From Candidatus Zhuqueibacterota bacterium (GTDB lineage Bacteria; Zhuqueibacterota; Zhuqueibacteria; Thermofontimicrobiales; Thermofontimicrobiaceae): DNA of 64,000 bases. The stretch is from the NCBI GenBank assembly GCA_049322915.1, contig JBMOPW010000014.1:890774-954773 (forward strand). Direction: 5' to 3'. This document shows, piece after piece, positions 50,602-60,900 of the stretch (position 1 is the stretch's first letter; each line of letters opens with the position of its first letter). The notes under the pieces were generated by a model. The model worked only from the letters and a program-made list of their open reading frames with translations. It was not told where the DNA came from and made no database searches. The position numbers and the translations under genes are program-made.

Positions 50602-50884
50602 AATTTTGACCTCAACTTTGGTGCGTTCGTAACTGCAACTGATTGGCTGACGTTTGTGTATCTATCGCTAACTGTTCCTTGACAGGGATAAACTTTTCCC
50701 GTGCGACCTGCTGTGAAAAAAGCGGTCTCAGTTTCATTCAAATGAAAAGCCGCGCCGCTCCCTCCCGGGCGACTTGCAGCCGGCCGGAAGAGCGATGATC
50801 GCGGAGAAGCGCAGCAGCTTCAAGGCGGTTCATCGGTGCGCAATGCGGCTGAGCGAAAAATCGGTTCGAATCGGCCGGGCTAAA

Positions 50885-51205
50885 TTAATCGCCGCGCGTC
50901 ACAATATCTTTGGGCTCGACCAGCATGACAACGGTCTCGCCTTTGGACTCTGTCTGATGCACGATCCCTTTTTTGACGACATAGCCTTCGCCTTCTTCCA
51001 GAGTGATGCGCGTGTCTTCCAGGTTGATGATCAGTTGGCCTTTCAGGATGATGAACAATTCATCCTGATTTTGATGTTTATGCCAGTGGTATTTTCCTTT
51101 GATTTTCACCAGCCGCACGATGGTGCTGTTGACTTTGAAAATGTCGAGTGGCAACCAGGGTTCTTTAAGCAGGGAAATCATTTTGTCAATGACGACTTTG
51201 TCCAT
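50885..51205 (-). CDS. Cupin-domain protein
   Basis: YHWHKHQNQDELFIILKG and GYVVKKGIVH cupin motifs. Confidence 0.85.
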   Translation of the reverse strand: MDKVVIDKMISLLKEPWLPLDIFKVNSTIVRLVKIKGKYHWHKHQNQDELFIILKGQLIINLEDTRITLEEGEGYVVKKGIVHQTESKGETVVMLVEPKDIVTRGD

Positions 51206-51220
51206 ACATGCCTCCTCTTT

Positions 51221-52468
51221 TTATTCTGCCTCGGTTTCGGTTTCGCTGAGCAATGGAAGCAGGATCGGATTGACATCGTACCAGATGTCATCGGCTGCCC
51301 CATATTCGCTGATGCTGAGGTGATTTAATAATTTGATGCCGGTTTCGTTCCGGTCAAAATCTTTCGTCTCCCGAATTTGCGCCAGGTATCTCAATTCGTC
51401 GGTGGTATAGACTGACTTGTAAAATCGACGGATTTTTTCTTCCGCAGAAACCACGGTCTCTTCATCGATGTATTCGTATTTTTCTTTCAAAGATTGAATG
51501 CAGCAATGCCGGACCAGATTGATCAATTCAAACGTTATGCCGCCGCTCAGCTCGATGATCCGCGATAACGCTTCGTCGTAGATCAACCTGTCGTTGAGGC
51601 GCTTTGTTATTATCTCCCGCAATTTCTTCTGCCCGTTATCATCCGGCTCGCCGTACTGGTCGAACGCCGTGAAATTTGGCAGATAATACACCGCGCTGAA
51701 ATTCAAAGCAGCCCGAATGAAATTCGGTTCGTATTTCAAGGCCAGGGGAAAAGTGAATACGGCTGAACACTGCAATTTCGTGAGCAGTAAAAATTTCTCG
51801 ATGAAAATCTCTTTGGCATTGTTCAATGAAATTTTATCCATGTCCGAAACGAGCAGCAGCACGTCTTTTCCGGTCTTTCCTTCCAGTTCCCACACCGTGC
51901 CATTGATATATTCCAGAAGCTCGCTGTTCCCCGGCTTGGACGTCTTTTTGAAAATGTGTTTCAGCGCCCCTTCAAAATCAAGGCCCTTCTTCACAAATTT
52001 TTCGATGAACACCGGATCAATGGTGAGGTCTTTGCCTTTGGCCGAGGTTGTCTGTTCGATGTTCATTTCCCAGCCATACCCGTATTGCATGAATTTTTCG
52101 AGCTTCTCCGTGTAAATCGGGAGCTTGGCGTCTTTGGCGAATTTCGTGATCTGGGTGAGAACGAAAAATAGCAATGCGCCGATATCGACATTGAAATCAG
52201 TGGTGATATCTTTTGCCGAGCAGGAGATGATGTGGAATTGTTTTTTTAAATTCTCCCGCAGCTTGGCCAATTCGGTGCGCTTGCCGCAGCCAGGGGACCC
52301 GGAGAAAAGAAGTTTTGGGAGGTCGTGCGCGTTGGCTAAAAACGCTGTCATCTCATCGATGGGACTGTTCTCGCGCGCCACATAATAATCTTTAATCTCC
52401 TGCTCTTCATTGAGCGACTGAAGCGGATCGAACAGGTTTAACGCATCCTTCATTGTTTTTGCTATCAT
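51221..52468 (-). CDS. P-loop NTPase (AAA/STAND-like), possibly catalytically degenerate
   Basis: LLFSGSPGCGKRTEL Walker A-like; LLVSDMDKI Walker B-like; SGG..ELINL; C-terminal WYDVNPIL. The start could instead be 52483. Confidence 0.7.
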   Translation of the reverse strand: MIAKTMKDALNLFDPLQSLNEEQEIKDYYVARENSPIDEMTAFLANAHDLPKLLFSGSPGCGKRTELAKLRENLKKQFHIISCSAKDITTDFNVDIGALLFFVLTQITKFAKDAKLPIYTEKLEKFMQYGYGWEMNIEQTTSAKGKDLTIDPVFIEKFVKKGLDFEGALKHIFKKTSKPGNSELLEYINGTVWELEGKTGKDVLLLVSDMDKISLNNAKEIFIEKFLLLTKLQCSAVFTFPLALKYEPNFIRAALNFSAVYYLPNFTAFDQYGEPDDNGQKKLREIITKRLNDRLIYDEALSRIIELSGGITFELINLVRHCCIQSLKEKYEYIDEETVVSAEEKIRRFYKSVYTTDELRYLAQIRETKDFDRNETGIKLLNHLSISEYGAADDIWYDVNPILLPLLSETETEAE

Positions 52469-52634
52469 GTTTTCCTCCGGCATGAAAGGAAATGATTGTA
52501 ATGTGTCGATGGATTGCCACGATGTCGCGCCGCTTCATCGTCCGTGAATGGCCTGTGCCCTCCGGGCTGAACTTTCGAAAAGCAGGGACCGGCGCTGATT
52601 TCACCAACGAGCCGCATGGCGCCGGGGAGGTGCG

Positions 52635-53399
52635 CTACTTCATCATGGAAATCCATTCCAATGGCCAGCGCCAGGTTTTACCGTCTTCAGTTCGGATCAC
52701 AATCCGTCGGGAATTCTTTCGGATCGGCCTCATGACAACGGCGATTTTGCCCTGGTAGCGACCGCCGGAATCGAAGCGGATGATCAGGCTATCTCCGGTG
52801 GCCAGCGACCGGTATTTTTTGTATGGATCAATATATAATCGAGCGGACAGGAACTTTGAGAATCCCGATTTCGATTTTGATCGGACAATTTTTGCGCCCT
52901 GAATTCGGTAGCCCAACTCCGCCGCTCGCCGTAATGCCCAGAGATTAGCGGCATTTTCGCCTTCGCGCGGATGTAAATTCAAATGATACCGGCGAAAATG
53001 ATGGAGCTCGTGTGCGAACAAAAACGCGACATGATCTTCGAGCGAATCGTAACGAAGCTGCCAGCCATAGCTATCAATCTGCTCGATCGGGTAATTCGAA
53101 CGGGCCGTACCCAGATGAAGGCGGATGAGTTTGTACGATTCCGGCAGGTCAGTCGGAGTCATGAATTGCCGGGTGAATTTCCAGCGACCCCGATAGCTCT
53201 GAAATTGGTCTCGTCTCAGCCAGCTTCGTGTAAATGCAATGCCGCCCGTCCATGCCGGGCGTTGTGTAAAATAGGCCGCAACTACAAGATCGTCTGTGGG
53301 CGTGTCACCTGCTATTTGTGCTAAAATATCGGATAACGAATATTTGGTGAATTGAAGTTGGTGTTCCCGGTTTTTATCTGAAAAATAATAAATGTTCAT
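52635..53399 (-). CDS. Hypothetical protein with HExxH zincin-like motif and basic SH3/KOW-like C-terminus
   Basis: FLFAHELHHF..GENAAN; ORF of 254 aa with an ATG start. Confidence 0.6.
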   Translation of the reverse strand: MNIYYFSDKNREHQLQFTKYSLSDILAQIAGDTPTDDLVVAAYFTQRPAWTGGIAFTRSWLRRDQFQSYRGRWKFTRQFMTPTDLPESYKLIRLHLGTARSNYPIEQIDSYGWQLRYDSLEDHVAFLFAHELHHFRRYHLNLHPREGENAANLWALRRAAELGYRIQGAKIVRSKSKSGFSKFLSARLYIDPYKKYRSLATGDSLIIRFDSGGRYQGKIAVVMRPIRKNSRRIVIRTEDGKTWRWPLEWISMMK

Positions 53400-53655
53400 A
53401 ACGTCGTGAAGTCGGTATAAAAATATTTTTCAGGTATTTCGTGAAGGCTGCAGATAAGGTTTCAACATAATAAAAATAAATATGAATTGCAAATAGTTTA
53501 TTGCTGCTTTGAAAATTTTATGAAAAAAGTCGGATTGTTGTTGAACAAAACTGAGAGACAATCATGCCATGCCAATTCATCAGGGGAATCGGGCCGCGTC
53601 TTCACCGGCGCAAGCCAGTCCGGGTAAAAAAAATCTGAATCACAAAAAATTATAC

Positions 53656-53684
53656 TTGACAATATGTAAATAATAATTTACATT
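53656..53684 (+). promoter_or_regulatory. Promoter with a palindromic operator in the spacer
   Basis: TTGACA, 17-bp spacer, TACATT; palindrome TGTAAAT-AATA-ATTTACA at 53665-53682. Confidence 0.6.
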
Positions 53685-53900
53685 ATGGCTGTGACATCTC
53701 AGAAAAAGCTGCATCGCTGAAAAGCTGGCGGAAAGGAATCCTCGGGTATTTGCGCATGAAAAAATCCGCTGGTGAAGGACGCTGCGGCCCGCGCCCGGTT
53801 GAGCCGGAGGTGGTGTTGGCCCATTCGCGTCATCCCCGCGCGTAATAAATTCGTTCATCATAAACAAAGGATACATTGTAATCGGGAGGAACAAGCCGTT

Positions 53901-54830
53901 ATGATTTCGAGCAGTATACTAAAAAGCCTCTGGTTGTTGCTGGTCGTGTTGCTTATCATGTTGGGAAATGGGATGCCCTTATTCTGTATTGTCTTTCTGG
54001 CTCTGATTGTGCTGGCAGCGCCGCTGGTTCGGGAGTTTAGCAAGTCAACCAACCTGGATGAGCGGCAGGTCCAGATCAGTCATTTATCCAGCCATATCGC
54101 CTATTTCAGTTATAGCACGCTGGTGGCGTTCGTCCTCTGTTACGAGTGGTTCGTTAAAGCGCAGGGGCCGGTAGTTGAATGGTTCGTCCTGCTCTTTTTG
54201 CCCATGGTTGTTAAAATAATTATTTGCCTGTATCAGAGTTACGGCTTCGTCTCCGGGTTACGCGGATTGATTCACCTGTTTTTCAGAGGCATCATTCCGT
54301 CGAAGCAAGTGGATGAACGCCAGAATCTCATCGGCAATTTCTCGAGCCATATTGCATTTTACGTTTACACGGCAATGGTCGTTTTTTATATCATTTTCAA
54401 ATTCATCGCAGTAAAGACGGAGCCGACCACTGTGTGGCATTTTCTGCTGGTTGTGCCGCTATTGGTCAAATTTTATTCCAGCTTTTTCATGTATTACGGC
54501 GCTGCCCGCGGCGCGCGATACGTCTGTTATTTCATCGCCGGGATTTTTCTGCTGTTCGTGATGCTTTCTCACGGCGCAAGTCTCGGCGCGTTGATCGAGG
54601 CGGCGCCCTTTGCCCTCATGCTGGGCGTGGCCATTCTCTCCCGGCGATACCCCCGGATTGCTGGCATTGTTTTGATCGTGCTGGGAGTGGGTTCTCTGAT
54701 CCTTTTCTCCGGATGGAATCGGTTTGATATCTATTTAAGAATGACGATGTACTCACTGATACCGCTGCCGCTCTTCATCAGTGGAGGCGGCCTTCTTTTT
54801 GTAAGACGAAAATTGAAGGAAGAAGAGTGA
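53901..54830 (+). CDS. Polytopic membrane protein with two internal DERQ (DUF2178-like) repeats
   Basis: LDERQVQISHLSSHIAY and VDERQNLIGNFSSHIAF; many transmembrane segments; GGAGG RBS. Confidence 0.7.
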   Translation: MISSSILKSLWLLLVVLLIMLGNGMPLFCIVFLALIVLAAPLVREFSKSTNLDERQVQISHLSSHIAYFSYSTLVAFVLCYEWFVKAQGPVVEWFVLLFLPMVVKIIICLYQSYGFVSGLRGLIHLFFRGIIPSKQVDERQNLIGNFSSHIAFYVYTAMVVFYIIFKFIAVKTEPTTVWHFLLVVPLLVKFYSSFFMYYGAARGARYVCYFIAGIFLLFVMLSHGASLGALIEAAPFALMLGVAILSRRYPRIAGIVLIVLGVGSLILFSGWNRFDIYLRMTMYSLIPLPLFISGGGLLFVRRKLKEEE

Positions 54831-55085
54831 CGCGAATTCATGTGTCGTTAAAAAAACCGGTGATCCAATCGCCCCGGTGAAATGAGTCGCCCGGTCGTCT
54901 TTTTTCGAGCAGGGAACAACACGTGTAGAAATCATTGAATCGGCAAGAACCCATTTCGGGCTGGGAAAAGCAGCATCAAAAAATGCAATCGCTGACTCGG
55001 AGGAGTATATTGTGGGACACAGCCAGATGAAACAATCAGCCATTCAACGGCAGCTTTCATTAACAAAATGTGAGAGGAGAATCAA

Positions 55086-55583
55086 ATGATGAGGCTAAAA
55101 CAGAGTGCGGTGCAGTGTCTCTGTGTGGTTTTACTGGCGAGCGCTGTGGCTGCATCAGGGCCAGCGGCTGGTTCGGACGATACGCATCAGATCAACCTGT
55201 CGTTCACTTTGAGCGGCCATCTCTTATTTGGCATTGGCTATTCGTACGGATTCGAAGCCCACCATTTTGTCCAGGCGACCTGGTTCATCGTGCCTGAAAA
55301 AGGTCTGCCGTTTGCAGTCAATGGCGGTTATAACTATTTTTTCAAAGGCGGCGCGTGGCAACCCAATCTGGGATTGGAAACCGTCATCATCGCAAGCCCG
55401 TCCGGTAGGGTAAAGCGAAAATATTTACCCCTGATCACCCTGGTTCCGGGCATTGGCTATCAGTTTAATGACACCCACGCTGTTAATACCCGTCTCTGGC
55501 TGGCGTATTTCCCGATAAAAGCCCGGAAAAAAGTGGCGCCCATCGGACTCGAATTCAAATATGGTAACTTTATCTCCCGATGA
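55086..55583 (+). CDS. Hypothetical exported protein, possible small outer-membrane beta-barrel
   Basis: Signal peptide; alternating aromatic strands (GIGYSY, GGYNYFF, GIGYQF); AGGAG RBS. Confidence 0.6.
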   Translation: MMRLKQSAVQCLCVVLLASAVAASGPAAGSDDTHQINLSFTLSGHLLFGIGYSYGFEAHHFVQATWFIVPEKGLPFAVNGGYNYFFKGGAWQPNLGLETVIIASPSGRVKRKYLPLITLVPGIGYQFNDTHAVNTRLWLAYFPIKARKKVAPIGLEFKYGNFISR

Positions 55584-56022
55584 TGACTTATACCATTTAA
55601 ACTTTTATGTGGCATTGATAGCTATCTGTTCCGTATCATCGCTGAATATCAGCCACTAAGACGCGAAGCCGCTAAGAGAGTAAAATACAAACAACGTGTA
55701 CCGAATAATTCTTCTTGTTGAATTCATTTTCAGTCATGAATTACTTACTGCTCGAGGCAGGCTTGGTGTCCTGGCGCCATTGAGGCAAATAAATGATGCA
55801 ATGAAGATTTCCAGATGCAAAATTCATCGGTATGCCATTCAAAAGTTAACATGATAATATAATTCCAGTAGAATTGAGTGAATGAAGTCGAACGGCTGCA
55901 AGGCCTGGCGACGAACACATCGCAGCGGGATTTGCTGTGCCTGTCCCGACGTTGGATTGCCCTCGCTCCGTCGGCCATTCATTTTGAAATTCGCGGCGCG
56001 ATTCATAACGTGTGAGGCAGTC

Positions 56023-57309
56023 ATGACGAAACGATTAAAATTTCCTCCTGTATTCTGGGTGGCCAATCTCATTGAAGTGCTGGAGCGCTTCGCGTATTAC
56101 GGCATCTATTTCGGCTTCGGCATTTACATGGAATATCTGGGATATTCGAAAGCTCAGTTAGGGATTATCCAGAGCCTGTTCCTTTTTCTTTCCTACACCA
56201 TTCCCATCATTTCAGGCACGCTGGCAGATCGGTACGGGTTTAAACGGGCGCTGATTGTCTCCTACCTGGCCTACTTGCCTTCGATCCTGTTTTTGATTTT
56301 CACCCGATCATTTTCAGGAATTGCGCTGACGATGTTGAGCATCGGATTCGCCGCAGGGATTTTTAAGCCGCTCATCTCTGGGACGGTCCGCACGGTGACG
56401 GACAAAACCAATAAAACACTCGGCTACGGAATATTCTATGCCATGGTCAATGTGGGCGCGTCGTTCGGGCCTGTCATTGCCGGCAAGCTGCGCGCCATTT
56501 CCTGGAATTACGCCTTTCTGGCCGCGGCTATTTCCATCGGATTGATGCTGGTGATCACTATTCTGTTTTACCGGGAGCCGAAGCGGGAGATCGAAGGATT
56601 GACGCTCACGCAGAAATTCAAAGATATCGGCGCTGTCCTCTCCGATGCAAGGTTCACTGTTTTTCTTGTCATCCTCGGCGTGTGTTTCTGGTTCCCCTTC
56701 TGGGCGTTCTTCAATTTACTGGCCATCTACATTGACAGAAACCTTGATACGGCCCAGTTGTATCTCGCGTTGAAGTCCGTATTGGGGACGTCGTTCGCCA
56801 ATTTCTTCTCTCGCGTGGATGAATCGCAAACCCATCGGATTCTGGGAGAGACAATCGCCCACACCGGCTATATCATCATGGTCTTTCAGGTTTTCGTGTC
56901 CCGGATCGCCGAGAAATTCAAAGCCATTCCGATATTTCTTTCCGGTCTAGGCCTTGTCGCTACCGGCTTTTTACTGATCGGTTACGCGCACACCGCTCCG
57001 GCCGCATGGGTGTTTCTGGGCATTTTCCTGTTCGCCATTGGTGAAATGGTTTCGTCTCCGCGAATTCAGGAATATATCATGTGGCTCGCGCCCAAAGAAA
57101 AGGCTGGGCTGTACATGGGCACCAACTTCCTGGCGATGGGCATTGGCGGCGGACTCAGTGGCCTTTACACCACGCTGTACGGTCATTTTCGGAATGCGGA
57201 TCATCCCGAATACATCTGGTTCGTGCTGGCTGCGAATATGTTGATAGGGGCGCTGGTCATTCATTTTTACACCAGAAGCGTGGGACATTTCGTAGAATTG
57301 GATGAATAA
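56023..57309 (+). CDS. MFS transporter, POT/PTR oligopeptide:H+ symporter-like
   Basis: ExxERFxYYG motif (EVLERFAYYG); GIFYAMVNVG; AIGEM..SP; APKEKAGLYMG. Confidence 0.9.
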   Translation: MTKRLKFPPVFWVANLIEVLERFAYYGIYFGFGIYMEYLGYSKAQLGIIQSLFLFLSYTIPIISGTLADRYGFKRALIVSYLAYLPSILFLIFTRSFSGIALTMLSIGFAAGIFKPLISGTVRTVTDKTNKTLGYGIFYAMVNVGASFGPVIAGKLRAISWNYAFLAAAISIGLMLVITILFYREPKREIEGLTLTQKFKDIGAVLSDARFTVFLVILGVCFWFPFWAFFNLLAIYIDRNLDTAQLYLALKSVLGTSFANFFSRVDESQTHRILGETIAHTGYIIMVFQVFVSRIAEKFKAIPIFLSGLGLVATGFLLIGYAHTAPAAWVFLGIFLFAIGEMVSSPRIQEYIMWLAPKEKAGLYMGTNFLAMGIGGGLSGLYTTLYGHFRNADHPEYIWFVLAANMLIGALVIHFYTRSVGHFVELDE

Positions 57310-57336
57310 TCCGTACCTTCACATCATGCTCATTTT

Positions 57337-57370
57337 AAAGACTCCCTTGTTACCGGGAGTCTTTTTTTTT
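57337..57370 (+). terminator. Intrinsic terminator
   Basis: AAAGACTCCC-TTGTTACC-GGGAGTCTTTTTTTTT. Confidence 0.8.
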
Positions 57371-57526
57371 CAGGCGAATTCCAAATGCCTGGAAGCCCAT
57401 GACAGTGCATCGCGGATGTCGGTTCGCGTGGCTGAACAGTCCTGTATTATGCGCAGTTCATGGCGCTCCCAGTCCGCTGATTATTATTTCGAAACTGTTT
57501 AATCATTTGTAGTACGCAGGGCTTGA

Positions 57527-57695
57527 CAACCGATCGTTCGGGATATTCATCCCGAATTTGGACTTTGGATATTTTAAAGGGTTCGGGATATTCATCCCGA
57601 ATTTGGACTTTGGACATTTTAAAGGATTCGGGATATTCATCTCGAACGATTAACAATCTATCTCCCGCGCTGGACAGCTATCCGGCGCGATCATG
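57527..57695 (-). repeat. Hairpin-mosaic repeat family C, copy 3, with a 45-bp tandem expansion
   Basis: TTCGGGAT-ATTC-ATCCCGAA at 57537, 57582 and 57627 (period 45) with near-identical linkers, then a CGCGCTGGA..TCCGGCGCG hairpin. Confidence 0.8.
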
Positions 57696-57965
57696 CTATT
57701 CAAGTTTCTTGAAAGTCACATAATTTCGTGTGTAACATTTTCAGAATTACGCTGTAAAATAATTTAGCTCACTCGAAAAACCAACGCCCTTTATTTTCAG
57801 GCCGAAGTTCTGGTGAGCGAAATCAGCACGAGAATGATGTGGATTTCCGACGCGGCGATACAAAGCAGCGAGCCCTGAACAGGTCTCATGCCGGGTTCGA
57901 AATCCTTCGTGTTCACCAAATGTAATTTACGGGCGAGCGAACACCTTTAAATTTTCGGAGGAGTT

Positions 57966-60900
57966 ATGAAACGATTGATTTTTCAGAGCATTGTCTGGGG
58001 GCTGTGCCTGTTTTCATCGGTGTATCTTTTCGCTCAGGAGGTGAAAATTCTGGTGGTGATGCCGCAGAACTTCGGAGCGAATTATAATTTCAACATTGAA
58101 GATTTTGATGAATACGGCTGGAGCATCACGCTGACGGGCGTTGCGCCGGTGATTCAGCCCTGTCAGGCATTCGGGACAATATTTGCAGGCTGTACAGCGG
58201 TGACGGTGGATACGCTGATTTCAGAAATTGCCGATGTCACTGATTTTGATTGCGTCGCCATTATGCCAGCGGAATGGCGCAGCGGCAATCCCTACTCGGA
58301 TTTGCTCGCAAGTCCCGATGCGATCCATCTGATCAAAACCGCTGCGGATTCCGGCGTGGTGGTCTGGACGACCTGCGCCGGTGCGCGCGTACTGGCAGCG
58401 GCGGACGTGATACGCGGGAAACGCGTGGTCACTCAGGATGCGTTTCGCAGCGAAATCGAAGCGGCCGGAGGTATATTTGTGAGCAGCGACCATGCCCCGG
58501 TCACGGAGGGAAACATCATCACAACGGTGCGGGGCCAGTATTATCATGTCCATAATAATCAGGCCATTGCCACGGCGCTTGAGGAGAGACTTCGCGTCAA
58601 CGGCCCGGCGAGCAAAAAATTCACTGCCGCTGCGAACACCATCAGTTCCGATGTGCAACTGCGCGGCGCTCTCTGGGCTAAAACCTACGGCGGCGTTAAC
58701 GCCGATGCCGGCCGGGCTATCTGCGAGACTACGGACGGCGGATTTGTCATCGCCGGCTTCACGTATTCATTGGGACAGGGCTACGCAGATGCGTACGTAC
58801 TCAAAGTGGACGCGCAAGGAAATCGGCAATGGGAGAAGACGTTCGGAGGATCCAGTTGGGAATATGCTTACAGCGTCGTTCAAACCCGGGATCGCGGATT
58901 CGTGATTGCCGGATATACCGCCTCGTTCGGGGCCGGTTCCAAGGATGTGTTTGTGATAAAACTCAGCGAAACCGGCGAAATGCAATGGGAAAAGACATTC
59001 GGCGGCGCCGACAGCGATGTCGGAAAAGCGGTCTGCGAACTGCCCGATGGATCGCTGCTGGTCGCCGGGTACACTGAGTCCGCAGGGGCCGGAGAAGAAG
59101 ATGTCTACGCGATCAAATTGAATTCGGCCGGGGACGAGTTGTGGTCAAAAACATTTGGCCGAAATCGGTCTGAAATGGGCGCTGCCTGTTGCTGCACGGC
59201 CGATGGCAACATCGTGATCGCCGGGTCCACGGGCACAGAACCATTCAGCAGCGGCAATATGGATTACTATCTTTTCAAAATAGATCCGGCTGGAAATGTG
59301 CTCTGGGAGAAGGCGTTTGGGAATACCATTTCAGCGCATCCCTATGACTGGGCAAATGCCGTTGCCGAAACCCGGGACGGCAGTTTCGTCATGGCCGGCA
59401 ATAGCGACATCCGCTCGCCCCTCGATGCCTACGCAGTCAGCGCCGATGGGGATGGCGCGATGCTCTGGCAGCAACATTACGGGGAACGATTTTATGATTA
59501 TGCAAATTCGATTGAGCAGACGACAGACGGCGGCTTTCTGATCTGCGGCGCGCAGAAAGATAATCAGACTGAAGATAAAAATATGTCCGTCATTAAAACC
59601 GATTCCAGCGGCAATGAAATCTGGCGCAAGACGTTTGGCGGCGATGGAGCGGATTGGGCGAGCGATTTTTGCCAGACATCGGATGGCTGCTACGTGATTG
59701 TCGGTCATACAAAATCGTTCGGCGCCGGCAATTTTGATGTGTTCCTGATAAAAATTTCCAGCCTGTTCCCACGGTTTAATGCTGCGCCGACATCAGGTCA
59801 TGCCCCTTTGTCCGTAGATTTCGGGGATATGTCGCTGGGTGAAATCACGGGCTGGCAGTGGGACTTTGACAGCGATGGCATCACGGATTCCGAAGCGCCG
59901 GGCCCGTCGTGGATTTACAACGCGCCGGGCAATTACGATGTCACGCTCCTGATTCGCAATGCCACCCAGGCGGATACAGTCGTCAGTAAAAATCTGATTC
60001 AGGTTTTTGATGGCCACAGCGCGCTGGTATTCAATGGCAGCAGTTCGAAAATCGTCTGTCCGGCCTCGGCATCTCTCAATATCACCGAAAATCTTACCGC
60101 CGAAGCCTGGATTTATCCAGAAAATTGGGGGCCAAATTCCATGATTGGATTTGGGCGAATTGTGGAAAAGCAGCAGTTTTCACTGTACCTGATCGATTCC
60201 AGTCCGGCGTTCAATGACCATTGCCTGGCGTTGCAGCTCCTTCATGCCGGCGGCGCGCGCAGTATTTCCATGACCCCGGATAGTTCCATTCAGCTTAATA
60301 CGTGGCAGCACATTGCCGTGACGTACGCCGGCAATGGCAGCGAAGTGAAAATGTACATCAATGGCATTGAGCAGCCGATCAAATTTACCTCGGCCCCGGC
60401 CGGACTCATTGCGGACAATAGCGGGTATGATTTGATCATCGGCAATAACGCTGCCAATGGCTACGGCTTCAAAGGGACGATTGATGAAGTGCGGCTTTGG
60501 AATGCGGCGCTCTCCACGCAGCAGATTTTTGAAGCGATGGACGGCCACTACTGCGCCGGCAAAGCCGGCATGGTCGGTTGCTGGGGAATGGATGAGGGCA
60601 GCGGCGCTGTGGTGCTTGATGTTTCGAATTGCCGGAATGATGGCGCCATTGCGGACGCTGTCTGGTGTCAGGGACTGTCCCTGGTTCCCACGTCTGCCAG
60701 GGCAGGGACCACAGCCGCGACTCCGGATCATTTCCTGCTCTATGATAATTACCCCAATCCATTCAATCCGGAGACGATGATCCGCTTTTTTCTGCCGGAA
60801 GCATCGCCGGTGAAAATTGTCATCTACAGCGTGACCGGGGCCCGCGTCAGTACGCTGATGGATGCTCGCTGCGAAGCCGGTTTTCATGAATTGACCTGGA

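Noticed and set aside
50602..50880. SAM riboswitch upstream of the methionine gamma-lyase-like gene
   Set aside because: No SAM-I core motifs are recognisable on the minus strand.
57537..57646. Possible mini-CRISPR array (palindromic 20-bp repeat x3)
   Set aside because: The 25-bp 'spacers' are nearly identical to each other, there are no cas genes, and the repeat belongs to a dispersed hairpin family.
57447..57723. Short ORFs with repeated peptides (RDEYPE / GYSSRI)
   Set aside because: They are by-products of the in-frame 45-bp tandem repeat, with no coding evidence.
57812..57918. tRNA/tmRNA/6S-like segment ending GGGTTCGAAATCC...CACCA
   Set aside because: I could not build a cloverleaf, a tmRNA 5' end or a convincing 6S consensus; an Rfam search would be needed.
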